Position numbers and translations under genes: made by a program. A stretch of 62,939 nucleotides of DNA, filler included, from Stramenopiles sp. TOSAG23-6 (taxonomy: Eukaryota), in the NCBI GenBank assembly GCA_900128565.1. It is 9 parts of 9 records of this genome, joined end to end, with 100 filler letters (N's around TTAATTAATTAA, not from the genome) between each part and the next. Parts side by side here need not be neighbours in the genome. Positions count along the whole stretch, not along the records: positions 38,757 to 46,367 come from LT636541.1; positions 46,468 to 54,067 come from LT636542.1; 7 more parts are not named here. One strand, written 5' to 3'. Positions 40,342 to 52,778 of this stretch are shown piece after piece. Numbering within the stretch: position 1 is the stretch's first letter; every line of letters begins with the position of its first letter. The notes below the pieces were generated by a model. That model saw only the letters and a program-made list of their open reading frames with translations, was not told where the DNA came from and ran no database searches.

Positions 40342-41433
40342 TCAAAAAAAAATACTTATATTTTTAATTTTACATGTAGATTGCGATTCACATGGAGTAT
40401 TTATCATATCTTTATTTTCCAAACTATTACCAAGAAAATTTTCGATTGCTTCTGAAGTAGACATTGAGCTTCTAATTGTCGAATTTCTTGAGTTTGGCAT
40501 TGGATAACTAAAAAAATATTCATTCGTAAGAGACTCACGGGGCGAAATTCGCTTCAAAGGATTCAATTGTAAAATTTCTTGTAGGAGTTTAATTGCACTA
40601 GACGATGCATTAGGTGCTATAATGGATAAGTGAAGAGGATGCATTTCAGGGAAATTTAACTTTTTATAGTCGGGAAGATTTTCCACATCAGGCCAATCAT
40701 GATGAAGGTTAGGTGTACCAAGTACCTGCATGACACGAAATATTTGATCAATATCATTACTTCCCGGAAAGGCTGGGTTAAGACTTAGTAGTTCTGCAAA
40801 TATACACCCGACACTCCATGTATCAATACCAAATCCATAAGAACGAGAACCAAATAATAGTTCCGGTGCTCGATACCAACGAGAAGCCACTTGATGGGAG
40901 TATCCACCATTAGGCAAAGGCATGCCTTCTTTATGAATTCGTGCAAGACCAAAATCAGCTATTTTTAGTAAACCATTTCTTCCAAGAAGCATATTTGATG
41001 GTTTAATGTCTCTATGTATGATGTTATGATCGTGTAGATAGCTGACACCTTGAAGTAACATCTGGAACAGATGTTTAACTAACGGAACTGGCAAAAGTTC
41101 ACCACCGCAACCATCACCGCCACGTTTCCGATGGTAATCCAGAAGTCGTCTCAAGTCAGTTTCCATATATTCCATAACAATCACTAAGGTAGAACCATCT
41201 GCAAAACTATCTTGTAATTTTATCACATTGTGATGACCAGGTCGAGAAAGTTGTTTTAGTGCCTGGAGCTCACGTAAGATTGTGTTTGCTGCACTACGTT
41301 CAGCCCCAGGAGCATTACTTATACACACCCGCTTCATAGCGACAATATTACCAGTTGGGCGATGACGCCCACGATGAACACTTCCAAACGCACCCGCGCC
41401 TTTATGGCTAAGTATCTCATATCTTTCAGACAT
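40342..41433 (-). CDS. CDK20: Cyclin-dependent kinase, CDK20/CCRK-like (3' end uncertain)
   Basis: GAGAFG, HRDIKPSNML, DFGLAR, YSHQVASRWYRAPELLFGSR, FPGSNDIDQI. Confidence 0.8.
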   Translation of the reverse strand: MSERYEILSHKGAGAFGSVHRGRHRPTGNIVAMKRVCISNAPGAERSAANTILRELQALKQLSRPGHHNVIKLQDSFADGSTLVIVMEYMETDLRRLLDYHRKRGGDGCGGELLPVPLVKHLFQMLLQGVSYLHDHNIIHRDIKPSNMLLGRNGLLKIADFGLARIHKEGMPLPNGGYSHQVASRWYRAPELLFGSRSYGFGIDTWSVGCIFAELLSLNPAFPGSNDIDQIFRVMQVLGTPNLHHDWPDVENLPDYKKLNFPEMHPLHLSIIAPNASSSAIKLLQEILQLNPLKRISPRESLTNEYFFSYPMPNSRNSTIRSSMSTSEAIENFLGNSLENKDMINTPCESQSTCKIKNISIFF

Positions 41434-41566
41434 TACAAATTTCTTCTTTTTTGTAGGTGGTGTGCAAACTTTAAGGTTCAAAATCAACTTTAAAATTAAA
41501 AATGAAATTTTAATCAATCAAGTTGATTCAACAATCCATCAACGTCAAGGGCAGAATCTTGACCGA

Positions 41567-41596
41567 CCCTAACCCTAACCCTAAAACCCTAACCTA
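41567..41596. repeat. Interstitial telomeric tract (CCCTAA)n upstream of CDK20
   Basis: CCCTAACCCTAACCCTAAAACCCTAACCT. Confidence 0.85.
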
Positions 41597-42184
41597 TTTT
41601 TTTCAATATTTTATTCTTCAAGCCGTTTAAGATTCCCCATTAATAAATAGGGCCAAGGTAGTATCCCGGCACATTGTAACATTAATGACACTGTAATAGT
41701 TCGATTTTCTTCATCAACACGTAAGTAAACTTCAGGGTGCTTCAGGATGCCCGAAAAAAAACGAAACAAGTGCATACAAAAAAGTGTAATAAAATTAAGA
41801 ATTGTCGGGGGTTTTTTTTTTCGTACGAAATTTTGTACCTAACAATTTTTTTTTGTATGAATTTTTAATCTTCAGCCAGACAAAAAAATGTAATAAAATT
41901 AGGAACTGTCTCTTCAGCCAGAGAACAATGTTACGTATTTGTAAAAAAAAACTGAAGAAACGTACGATCATGAGGCTATTGATGTGTGGAAGAACGTGAA
42001 GAAATCCAAATTGAAAGAAAAACTGCACAAGCAACAGCAGCTTGATACTGTCATACTGTATAGTAGTCGGTTAGAAGAAGTTTATAATGTAGCTATGAAA
42101 AAAATGAACCACAGCTTACTATACATTATATTCTACACGTGTAATAAAGTATGCATAATAATCATTTCGGAATATTGATTGTGT

Positions 42185-42550
42185 TTACCATAGCCAGGGA
42201 CCTTTCGCATCCCAGGGCGTCTCTAACTCACGTACAGGAAGGNTCCATGACGGAGGATAAACTGTAACCTGAAAGTATCTGACACACTGGCGAATATCGT
42301 TGAAGCGCCCAGATCCCTTCCCAATCCCCCTACCAACAAAATCTTGAATTTTTCCAGAAGCAATATAGAGTTCGCAGGCGCGAATGCCATCGGCAACGTC
42401 TCCGTCTTCAAACCTGACTTTTACGGAGGGCATGAGAAGCTCCCTGTTCTTAACCTTTACAACTTGACCAAGAAACCATGGGTTATCGCGCTTTCCACGG
42501 TGTGCAGGAAACTTGGCAAGAACAAGTGTCTTTTTACGAAGGACGGGCAT
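42185..42550 (-). CDS. Small protein with a Tudor-like beta-barrel motif
   Basis: VLAKF…WFLGQVVKV…VKVRFEDGD; ATG-initiated and GC-richer than its flanks. Confidence 0.4.
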   Translation of the reverse strand: MPVLRKKTLVLAKFPAHRGKRDNPWFLGQVVKVKNRELLMPSVKVRFEDGDVADGIRACELYIASGKIQDFVGRGIGKGSGRFNDIRQCVRYFQVTVYPPSWXLPVRELETPWDAKGPWLW

Positions 42551-42714
42551 TTTATCTTTGCATCGATCTTTCGGAAGTGAGCTACAAATCTATCTTTTAT
42601 TATCCAATAATATTCTCTTTGACAAAAGGTCTCTCTCGAAGAATTAATTTTCGAAAATAATAAATCAAATCAAAAAATGTTTCCGTTAAATTTCGTTAAA
42701 TTGCAATTTCAAAT

Positions 42715-44475
42715 TTGATTGGCCCGGTCAGCCATGCGAAAAAACATTCAGCAAAGCAAACGTCGGAACTTGAAGTAAAGTGTGAGAGTATGTTACCAAG
42801 AAAGGGGGAAACTATTACATTACTTGTCGATTTAGACTCAGATGTCCCTGGCACAGAATTAAAGAAGGGTACAAAAGCAACTGTACGTTTGTTACCGTGT
42901 GAAAACTCTGGTTTATATGAAATCGTAGTAGGTAATAAGTTGTATGATGTTGATTTGTCTGAAATACAAACGTCAAATCCGAGTTGTGAGTTTACTACTC
43001 CCATAAAAATGCCTTCTGTAATATCTCAAAATCGCGACCAGGCTAAATATTTATGGGAAAGAGGTACTCAAAAATGGCGCTTGGCTCTGGATAACTCTTG
43101 CCAACCTAGTAATGGTGTAAGTGTAGCTAAAGAACTTATTTTACAATCCATTTATGATTTCCTTGACTCCAATCGCTTTGATAGTCAAAAATACATTGAT
43201 AATTCTGCAAGTTGCAGTTCAAAGATTTCTCTAGCTGAGAGATGCCTTTTCACTGGTATTTGTCTGGTTGATCTTGGCTCAAAGCATGTCAAAATGGGTT
43301 GTTCCTTGATGCGTCAAAGTTTAGCTCTGAATAGTCTAGATATTCGAGCATGGCGTGAGTTATGCTGTGTTTTAGAAGAAGAAGGAGATATGAAAAGTGC
43401 AAGAAATCTAGTGTCTGAAGCTGTCGCGAAAGGCTTCGGTCCATGGTATCATCCCAGTGGATATCAACGGCCAGGTTATTTGGTGTCAAATCTGCGTGCC
43501 TTTCCATTTTGGCTTGCAGACAGTAAAAAAACAATCTTGGGCACGAAATTTTGTATGAAAAAAAATAGTAAAATTGAAATTCATAATGATCAAACAGAAT
43601 TCCCGTGGATAAAGAAATTGGCAGAAAATACGCATATCATAAAGTCTGAATTAGAATCTGTTGTAGGTAGTAATATTGGTTGTACAAAAAAATCTTCTAA
43701 AAAGTGGAATGCAGTAGGAGGTAATCATAGACTATGTACATTTTATTTTTTTTTCAATTTTGATTTTTTTTTTTCGTACGAAATTTTGTACCTAACGAAT
43801 TTCATTTTTTTTTTGAAATATTTTCCCAAAATATATCTGGTCGCGATGATTCTTCCGTATTAACTCAAGGAAACTGGGATGAAATAATAGTATTTAATGG
43901 GGATCCAAATAATACGACAATAATGCCAAAAACTGCAGCTTTGTTGGAGAAAATATGCCCTGATGCTGTTGATCTTGCATTGAGAGGTGGTGGTGAAATA
44001 ATTTTCTCAAGGTTAGCTCCTAAAACACGAATATCGCCTCACTGTGCGACTACTAATTTTAGATTGACTGCACATTTAGGCATATCAATTCCTTCAGAAT
44101 GTGTCAAAGGACCACCTGGAAAGCTGAGTCCAAGCAATGTTTGCTCCATTCGTGTTGGTACACAATGGGAAACCTGGGAGGAAGGGCGAGTTTTAGTTTT
44201 TGATGATTCTTTTGAACACGAGGTAATCAACGATACGGATCATACACGAATAATCTTACTTTTGAGATTTTGGCATCCGGATATTTCAATTCACTCTACA
44301 ATAACAAAAACAAATAGATATAAAGAATACCAAGTAAAAAAAAACAAATAGATATAAAGAATACCAAATAGAAAATAATTTTAATAATGCAACAAAACAA
44401 GCTGCTATCAAAGGAGCTTGTGCCTATCGTGAGGCTGCATCGCAGTTTAAATTAATGCCTCCAGTGTATTCCTGA
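42715..44475 (+). CDS. Aspartyl/asparaginyl beta-hydroxylase family protein with TPR-like N-terminal region (introns 43523-43597, 43736-43836; 3' end uncertain)
   Basis: FSRLAPKTRISPHC..TNFRLTAHLG, WEEGRVLVFDDSFEHEV, LLLRFWHPD. Confidence 0.85.
43523..43597 (+). mobile_element. Antisense-oriented copy of the introner element, probably spliced as a 75-nt GT-AG intron
   Basis: Reverse complement reads TCATTATGAATTTCAATTTT…TTTCATACAAAATTTCGTGCCCAAG. Removal gives FPFWLADKFPWIKKL. Confidence 0.65.
43736..43836 (+). other. Introner-family intron, GT-AT
   Basis: CTAT|GTACAT…TTTCGTACGAAATTTTGTACCTAAC…AAAATATAT|CT GGT gives NHRLSGRDD; no AG inside. Confidence 0.85.
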
Positions 44476-45099
44476 AAATAAAACTTTTTTTTTTTCCTTT
44501 TTTTAACCGTGAAACTTTTAATGGGGCAAATCATTGGACATTTGTTTTGTAATGAACTCCATCTTTGGCTATAATTGAGCTATCATTGATTTTTTAAAAG
44601 TATAATTAAAAGTGAAGAANATATGCTCATTTTTGAGAACTCTTAAATGATTTTTACTGAGAGTGCTTTTTCAAATAAATTTGAAATTAACTATAGTATA
44701 AATTGAACAAAAATTTCATTGTACAAAACAGTACTACTGGTATACGATCTCGTGTTGATAAGTTAAAATTTATTTCCCAAATCGGGCGTTTCATCAATAA
44801 AACAATATCTTTTCAATTTGAAAAAATAAACTTAATTACAGTGTTTTCAAATATAATAATCACCAAGGCATCATATTCAAAAAATGACAAAAAATCATTT
44901 TCTTCCAAGTTTTTTTTTATTCTCAAACAATAATTTCAGTCAGTTGTGTCAGCAGCAATAAGTAAATCAACTAATTTCATGACCATTTTTTTTGAATAAT
45001 ATGTCAAGGGGTGGGTGTTGGGAATGTTGCTGCGTTGTGTATTGCTGTTGCTGCTTCTTCTGGGCCTTCTACATCTAATATTTTTTCTGCTGCTGCTGT

Positions 45100-46365
45100 T
45101 TAATCAGGTTCTGCTATTCCGTCTGCTACTCTTTCTGCTTCTGCTTTGGTGAGTAATTCAACTACTCGTTCATGACCTTGATGTGAAGCAATCATCAATG
45201 GTGTTTCTCCGTCTTCATCAGCCAGATTGGCATCAGCACCAACAGCTATAAGTTTTTCAACTACTCCAACGTGACCAAACGTTGAAGCAATAAGCAATGG
45301 GGTATCTCCTTCTTCATCCGCCTTATCGACAGCAGCACCTTTACGAAGAAGTAATTCAACTACTCCAACATTACCCATTGATGAAGCAATAAGCAATGGG
45401 GTTTCTCCGTCTTCATCAGCCAGATTGACATCAGCGCCAGCATCGATGAGTTGCTTAACTACTCCTGTAGAACGATTCCCTGAAGCCATCATTAATGGGG
45501 TCCATCCATATTGATTATCCTGATTGACGTCAGCTCCAGCAGTGATAAGTAGTTGAACTACTCCTTCATTACTATGTGAAGCAAAAAGCAATGGGGTAAC
45601 TCCGTTGTTATCAGCCTTATCGACTTCAGCACCATGATCAATGAGTAGTCGAACTACTCCCTCATGACCATTCTTTGAAGCAATAAGCAATGGGGTTTCT
45701 CCGTCTTCATCAGCCAGATTGACATCAGCACCAGCAGCTATAAGTCGTTTAACTACTTCAACATGACCATTTTTAACAGCAAAGAGAAGTGCTCTTGCTT
45801 TCTGTTCTTCTGACAAGATTCTGATATTAGCACCAGCCGCGATGAGTTTTTCAACTACTTCTACATGACCATTATGTGAAGCAATAAGCAATGATGTATC
45901 TCCTGCATTAGTAGCCTTATTGACATCTGCTTTTGCTTTGAGAAGTATTTGAACTACTTCTGTAAGACCATACTCTGAAGCAACATACAATGGGGTATAT
46001 CCGTATTTATCAGCAAGATTGACATCAGCCTTAGCAGCGATAAGTAATTCAACTACTTCTACATGACCATTATGTGAAGCAATAAGCAATGGGGTATTTC
46101 CATTATTGTCAGCAATATTGACTTCAGCACCTGCTATGATAAGTTTTTCAACTACTTTATCATGACCTTCAGCAGCAGCAAAAAACAATGCATTGTCTTT
46201 TTGGCCCTCTGACAAGACGCTAATGTCAGCACCAGCATCAATAAGTTGTGCAACTACATTGTTTTTACCTTCTAGCGCAGCAGAAAATAATTTTTCATTA
46301 TTATTTTTGCGGTGGGCAGCTTGAATCTTTCTTGCAGCTTCCTGTTGTCGTTGATTTTCTTTTCT
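45100..46365 (-). CDS. Ankyrin-repeat protein with N-terminal IQ-like motif, 5'-partial
   Basis: About 11 repeats G.TPLLIAS..GH..VV.LLI.AGADVN; the upstream frame is open through AARKIQAAHR. Confidence 0.92.
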   Translation of the reverse strand, partial: RKENQRQQEAARKIQAAHRKNNNEKLFSAALEGKNNVVAQLIDAGADISVLSEGQKDNALFFAAAEGHDKVVEKLIIAGAEVNIADNNGNTPLLIASHNGHVEVVELLIAAKADVNLADKYGYTPLYVASEYGLTEVVQILLKAKADVNKATNAGDTSLLIASHNGHVEVVEKLIAAGANIRILSEEQKARALLFAVKNGHVEVVKRLIAAGADVNLADEDGETPLLIASKNGHEGVVRLLIDHGAEVDKADNNGVTPLLFASHSNEGVVQLLITAGADVNQDNQYGWTPLMMASGNRSTGVVKQLIDAGADVNLADEDGETPLLIASSMGNVGVVELLLRKGAAVDKADEEGDTPLLIASTFGHVGVVEKLIAVGADANLADEDGETPLMIASHQGHERVVELLTKAEAERVADGIAEPD

Positions 46366-46467
46366 AGNNNNNNNNNNNNNNNNNNNNNNNNNNNNNNNNN
46401 NNNNNNNNNNNTTAATTAATTAANNNNNNNNNNNNNNNNNNNNNNNNNNNNNNNNNNNNNNNNNNNN

Positions 46468-47305
46468 GACACTTCTTTGAACAATATGACACAGCCTTAC
46501 ACTGACTACAAAGAAGCATTTTTTTATTTTTACCCTCTAAACCACAAGTAAAACATTTTGATTTACTCTGTTTGATTATGAGTTCTCTTAAAAAATCATC
46601 ATCTGTGTCTTTCATCTGCTTTTTTGCTTTTCCGTTCCATTTTGCTGCGGTTTTCAAACATTTAGTGACACCAATACCATCACAATAACTCATAGCAAGA
46701 GCGACTTGTGCGTTCTTACATCCTTGATTTGCAGCCTTTTTCAACCATTCAACTGCTGTTTTATAACATTGAGTGACACCATCACCTTTATGATAACATA
46801 TACCAAGATGATACTGTGCTTTTACATGGCCTTGATTTGCAGACTTTTTCCACCATTTAACTGCAGTTTTATCACATTGAGTGACACCATCACCTTTAAA
46901 ATAACAATTACCAAGAATATACTTTGCTTCTACATGGTCTTGATTTGCAGACTTTTTCAACCAATCAACTCCTGTTTTATAACATTGAGTGACACCATCA
47001 CCTCTCAAATAGCACGTAGCAAGAGCACACTGTGCATCTGCATGGCCTTGATTTGCAGACTTTTTATACCATTTAACTGCTGTTTTATAACATTGAGTGA
47101 CACCATTACCTTTCAAATAGCACATAGCAAGACTGTATTGTGCTTCTGCATAGCCTTGTTCCCCAGACTTTTTCAACCATGTAACTGCTGTTTTATAACA
47201 TTGAGTGCCACCATCACCGTTAGAATAACATATACCAAGATTGAATTGTGCTTCTACATCGCCTAGTTCTGCACACATTTTCCAAAATTTAACTACTGCA
47301 TCCAT
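46468..47305 (-). CDS. Sel1-repeat plus MYND zinc-finger protein, 3'-partial
   Basis: Six Sel1 repeats followed by CFTCG…LLCSQCKAVSYCSKKC. Confidence 0.9.
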
Positions 47306-47756
47306 GTTGAATTGAACTCTAGCCTTGCCAATGATTATGTTTGAATTGTGGTATTATTATTGGTGCCCTTATTGTCTTCTAGCAGACAACTCTCCGTGTG
47401 AACGCGAGCGCATGTGTGTGCACTGGCTCGACAGATTGCTACAGGTCTGAGAAATTCGGATAAAGTTTAAACCTCCGACTCCAACAAATCATGTTTGTTC
47501 CATCAAAAGAGAAAAAAAACTTCTAAAAAAAAATCACTACGTAAAGGTCAAACAAACCTGCTCAGCTGACATAAAATTTTTTTTTTCTAAAATCTCGAGA
47601 AAATGAATCTAATTCTTCTTCTTCCCGATTATTCGACGACACTCAAGATCTTCAGACTTTTAGATTAGATCAATATGATTTACACTGTAGTTTAAATATT
47701 TTTTTAAGAAAGCAGAAGCAGAGTATGTATTAGAATATTACTCTAGAGTTGCTACA

Positions 47757-50158
47757 ATGGCATACGCTAATCCCCTTAAAAACTTCCATTTGAAGAATAA
47801 CCCAGAGGTCAATGAACCTGGAGTACTGACTGAAGCGACTGGAGACTATAGAGAACAGTCGCACTTGGAAATTTCTAGCACACTCCTGTATAGTAAACAA
47901 TCTTTTTTACCTGCACTTCCTGTACCTCCACTTCGAAAATCCGTAGAACGGTATCTCCTTTCTCTTAAACCTCTATTGACTATACAAGAGTTCAACGCTT
48001 CAAAAAAAGCTGTGAATAGTTTTATTCAACCAGGAGGTATGGGTGAAGTACTTCAGGCTCGTTTAATAAAGCGTGCCACAGAGCATAACGCGGATGGTAG
48101 TAATTGGCTTCAGTTATGGTGGAACCAGTTTTCTTATTTAGATTATCGAGCGCCAATTGCTATTAATGTTAGTTATTATTTTCACTTTAAAGACCTCCCT
48201 ACCAAAATTGATCCAATCTGTCGTGCCTCAAACTTAGCAGCAGCAATGCTTTGCTTTCGTCACCTTGTTATCTCCGGAAAATTATCCCCTGAAGTATCTG
48301 GGAAAAAGAAAGTGTCATTATGTTCAACTGCGTATAAATACATGTTTAACGCCTGTCGTATCCCGGGAACTAGTGGACGCGATACTGTTCGTTTGTATGA
48401 TCACAATCTAGTTGATAATAATACAATTATTGTAGCTTTGCGTGGACAATTCTATGAAGTCAAAGTTCCAGAAAGTAGTAGATTACATATACATCCAAAA
48501 GATATCGAGAAATTATTTCGTGAAGTCATCCAATTATCAGAAAAAATGACTTCTAATAGTGTTAATACTGTAGGTATCCTTACTACATGTAATAGAGATG
48601 TTTGGGCCCATGAAAGAACAAAATTGATTGTAAATGGTAATATAGAATTTCTCCATCGAATTCAACGAGCCGCATTTATTGTGTGTCTAGATGATTCATC
48701 TCCAAGTACAAGAGATGAAGTTGGTAGTTGCCTCTGGAAGGAAAACGGAGAGAAGTTAGGGTTAGGAAATCGTTGGTACGATAAATCACTTCAACTTGTT
48801 GTATTCAAAAATGGTAAAGCAGGTTTAATTGGAGAGCATTCCATGTTTGATGGTCAACCATGTCTTAGAATGACTGAATGGATTCTTCATGCGGAATATT
48901 TGTACTACAGTAATAATTTAGTAAATTCAACTTCAACGTTACATTTGAATAGTACTACAAATTGTGATTCTAACCCTAATCCTAACCCTAAACAAGGTCA
49001 AGTGTCATTACTGAAACCAATATTGAATGAAGATCTGAAATGGAAAATTCGGTCGGCAAGAAATGAATTCAAATGCCTATCAAACAAAAATTTGTTACAC
49101 TCACTCGCTTGGTTTGGTTTTGGTTCTGATTTTATCAAAAAAACAATGTACGTTTTCATCAACCCTAACCCTAATTTCATTTTTTTTTTCTAGATCAGAA
49201 TTGAGATGCTGAGACGTAATCCAAAGCCTTGCAAATTCGACATATTTTCTACAATACAGAAAGGTCAGTCCTGATGCTCTGATTCAAATGGCAATCCAAT
49301 TAGCATATAAGACAATGTTTGGCTGCTGTAGAGCAACATATGAGCCAGTATCAATGCGAACATTTAGGCATGTATGTTTTCATCAAAAAATTTTATGTAT
49401 ATTTTTTCATTGAATTTTTTTTTGTACATAACTGTTTATTTTGACCAATTTTGATTTTTGAAATATTTCCGCAAATACATGGAAGGACTGACACCGTTCG
49501 AAGTGTTTCTGTAGAATCTGTACAATGGGTAAATCTAATGACACGTGACTCGACCTCTACTTTACATGAGCAATGTAGTACGGACTCTAACCCTAACCCT
49601 AGTAATCAGAGAAATGAACAACTCCGGCTTCTTCGGAAAGCTTGTCATACACATTCTCAACAAATTCGGTTAGTCGCTAGTGGGTATGGTTTTGAGAGGC
49701 ATTTATTAGGTTTGCGGTTACTTTTACGGAAAGACACAAAAGAAACTGCAGACATTTTTGAAGATCCATCCTATTGGAAATCATGTCATGTACGTTACCC
49801 TAACCCTAATCATGAAATTTCAATTTTAAATTTTTTTTTTTTTTTATAATATCATTTTCGAATTTGGTACCAAACATTTTTTTTGAACAATTTCGAATTT
49901 CTGAATTTTTTCACAATACATTGGACACTATCGACAAGTAGTATGGCTACAAATGCATTAGATGGCTGGGGATACGGACCTGTCGTGACTGAAGGTTTAG
50001 GCATTTCTTACGTAGTTGGACCTGATACTGTAAAGTTTTTTGTGACGTCATCACAAAAATTTTCAAAGCAGTTTTGTCAAGAGTTAGAAAAGGCTTTGTT
50101 AAACATTTGGGCTCTAGTAGGGAAAGGTCCCAAACACAGGAATGTTGCTAAATTATAA
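47757..50158 (+). CDS. CRAT: Carnitine O-acetyl/acyltransferase, probably peroxisomal (C-terminal AKL), four exons
   Basis: LPALPVPPL, NRWYDK, GEHSMFDG, SPDALIQMAIQLAY, FRH-GRTDTVRS, H-WTLSTS, YGPVV..GLGI.Y; ends in AKL (PTS1-like). Confidence 0.9.
49148..49259 (+). other. Intron with family-type ends, GT-AG, containing CCCTAACCCTAA
   Basis: ACAAT|GTACGTTTT…ACAATACAG|A AAG gives FIKKTIKVSPDA. Confidence 0.85.
49372..49480 (+). other. Introner-family intron, GT-AT
   Basis: CAT|GTATGTTTT…GCAAATACAT|GGA; junction fixed by the conserved FRHGRT; no AG inside and the next AG is out of frame. Confidence 0.9.
49790..49921 (+). other. Introner-family intron, GT-AT, containing CCCTAACCCTAA
   Basis: CAT|GTACGT…CACAATACAT|TGG; junction fixed by the conserved HWxLSTS; in-frame stop inside; no AG. 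Confidence 0.9.
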
Positions 50159-50376
50159 TAATTTACTATTTTTAAAGAGAACATTTTAGTGAGATACCAA
50201 AGTCATTAAGGATATATATAACTCTCTGAAAAAAAAAAAAAAAAAAAAAAAAAAGAATTTAAAAAAATTTTTTTAAATTCTTTTTTTTTTTTTTTTTTTT
50301 TTTTTTCAGAGAGTTATATATATCCTTAATGACTTTGGTATCTCACTAAAATGTTCTCTTTAAAAATAGTAAATTA

Positions 50377-52778
50377 TTATAATTTAGCAACATTCCTGTG
50401 TTTGGGACCTTTCCCTACTAGAGCCCAAATGTTTAACAAAGCCTTTTCTAACTCTTGACAAAACTGCTTTGAAAATTTTTGTGATGACGTCACAAAAAAC
50501 TTTACAGTATCAGGTCCAACTACGTAAGAAATGCCTAAACCTTCAGTCACGACAGGTCCGTATCCCCAGCCATCTAATGCATTTGTAGCCATACTACTTG
50601 TCGATAGTGTCCAATGTATTGTGAAAAAATTCAGAAATTCGAAATTGTTCAAAAAAAATGTTTGGTACCAAATTCGAAAATGATATTATAAAAAAAAAAA
50701 AAAATTTAAAATTGAAATTTCATGATTAGGGTTAGGGTAACGTACATGACATGATTTCCAATAGGATGGATCTTCAAAAATGTCTGCAGTTTCTTTTGTG
50801 TCTTTCCGTAAAAGTAACCGCAAACCTAATAAATGCCTCTCAAAACCATACCCACTAGCGACTAACCGAATTTGTTGAGAATGTGTATGACAAGCTTTCC
50901 GAAGAAGCCGGAGTTGTTCATTTCTCTGATTACTAGGGTTAGGGTTAGAGTCCGTACTACATTGCTCATGTAAAGTAGAGGTCGAGTCACGTGTCATTAG
51001 ATTTACCCATTGTACAGATTCTACAGAAACACTTCGAACGGTGTCAGTCCTTCCATGTATTTGCGGAAATATTTCAAAAATCAAAATTGGTCAAAATAAA
51101 CAGTTATGTACAAAAAAAAATTCAATGAAAAAATATACATAAAATTTTTTGATGAAAACATACATGCCTAAATGTTCGCATTGATACTGGCTCATATGTT
51201 GCTCTACAGCAGCCAAACATTGTCTTATATGCTAATTGGATTGCCATTTGAATCAGAGCATCAGGACTGACCTTTCTGTATTGTAGAAAATATGTCGAAT
51301 TTGCAAGGCTTTGGATTACGTCTCAGCATCTCAATTCTGATCTAGAAAAAAAAAATGAAATTAGGGTTAGGGTTGATGAAAACGTACATTGTTTTTTTGA
51401 TAAAATCAGAACCAAAACCAAACCAAGCGAGTGAGTGTAACAAATTTTTGTTTGATAGGCATTTGAATTCATTTCTTGCCGACCGAATTTTCCATTTCAG
51501 ATCTTCATTCAATATTGGTTTCAGTAATGACACTTGACCTTGTTTAGGGTTAGGATTAGGGTTAGAATCACAATTTGTAGTACTATTCAAATGTAACGTT
51601 GAAGTTGAATTTACTAAATTATTACTGTAGTACAAATATTCCGCATGAAGAATCCATTCAGTCATTCTAAGACATGGTTGACCATCAAACATGGAATGCT
51701 CTCCAATTAAACCTGCTTTACCATTTTTGAATACAACAAGTTGAAGTGATTTATCGTACCAACGATTTCCTAACCCTAACTTCTCTCCGTTTTCCTTCCA
51801 GAGGCAACTACCAACTTCATCTCTTGTACTTGGAGATGAATCATCTAGACACACAATAAATGCGGCTCGTTGAATTCGATGGAGAAATTCTATATTACCA
51901 TTTACAATCAATTTTGTTCTTTCATGGGCCCAAACATCTCTATTACATGTAGTAAGGATACCTACAGTATTAACACTATTAGAAGTCATTTTTTCTGATA
52001 ATTGGATGACTTCACGAAATAATTTCTCGATATCTTTTGGATGTATATGTAATCTACTACTTTCTGGAACTTTGACTTCATAGAATTGTCCACGCAAAGC
52101 TACAATAATTGTATTATTATCAACTAGATTGTGATCATACAAACGAACAGTATCGCGTCCACTAGTTCCCGGGATACGACAGGCGTTAAACATGTATTTA
52201 TACGCAGTTGAACATAATGACACTTTCTTTTTCCCAGATACTTCAGGGGATAATTTTCCGGAGATAACAAGGTGACGAAAGCAAAGCATTGCTGCTGCTA
52301 AGTTTGAGGCACGACAGATTGGATCAATTTTGGTAGGGAGGTCTTTAAAGTGAAAATAATAACTAACATTAATAGCAATTGGCGCTCGATAATCTAAATA
52401 AGAAAACTGGTTCCACCATAACTGAAGCCAATTACTACCATCCGCGTTATGCTCTGTGGCACGCTTTATTAAACGAGCCTGAAGTACTTCACCCATACCT
52501 CCTGGTTGAATAAAACTATTCACAGCTTTTTTTGAAGCGTTGAACTCTTGTATAGTCAATAGAGGTTTAAGAGAAAGGAGATACCGTTCTACGGATTTTC
52601 GAAGTGGAGGTACAGGAAGTGCAGGTAAAAAAGATTGTTTACTATACAGGAGTGTGCTAGAAATTTCCAAGTGCGACTGTTCTCTATAGTCTCCAGTCGC
52701 TTCAGTCAGTACTCCAGGTTCATTGACCTCTGGGTTATTCTTCAAATGGAAGTTTTTAAGGGGATTAGCGTATGCCAT
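50377..52778 (-). CDS. CRAT: Mirror copy of the carnitine acyltransferase (fold-back arm)
   Basis: Reverse complement of 47757-50158. Confidence 0.6.

Noticed and set aside
40322-40373. Short GT-AT intron extending CDK20 into ORF 39911-40345
   Set aside because: It lacks the branch motif, and the simple splice creates a TAG stop. The 3' structure is unresolved.
45004-45102. Stop-codon readthrough or alternative genetic code after the ankyrin ORF
   Set aside because: The frame stays open for about 30 codons past TAA, but this is a single case. Other genes end normally at TAA, TAG and TGA.
49372-49480. Interpretation of the family as U12-type AT-AC introns
   Set aside because: No RTATCCTT donor, and copies with non-AT exon ends or TAG termini fit only the GT register.
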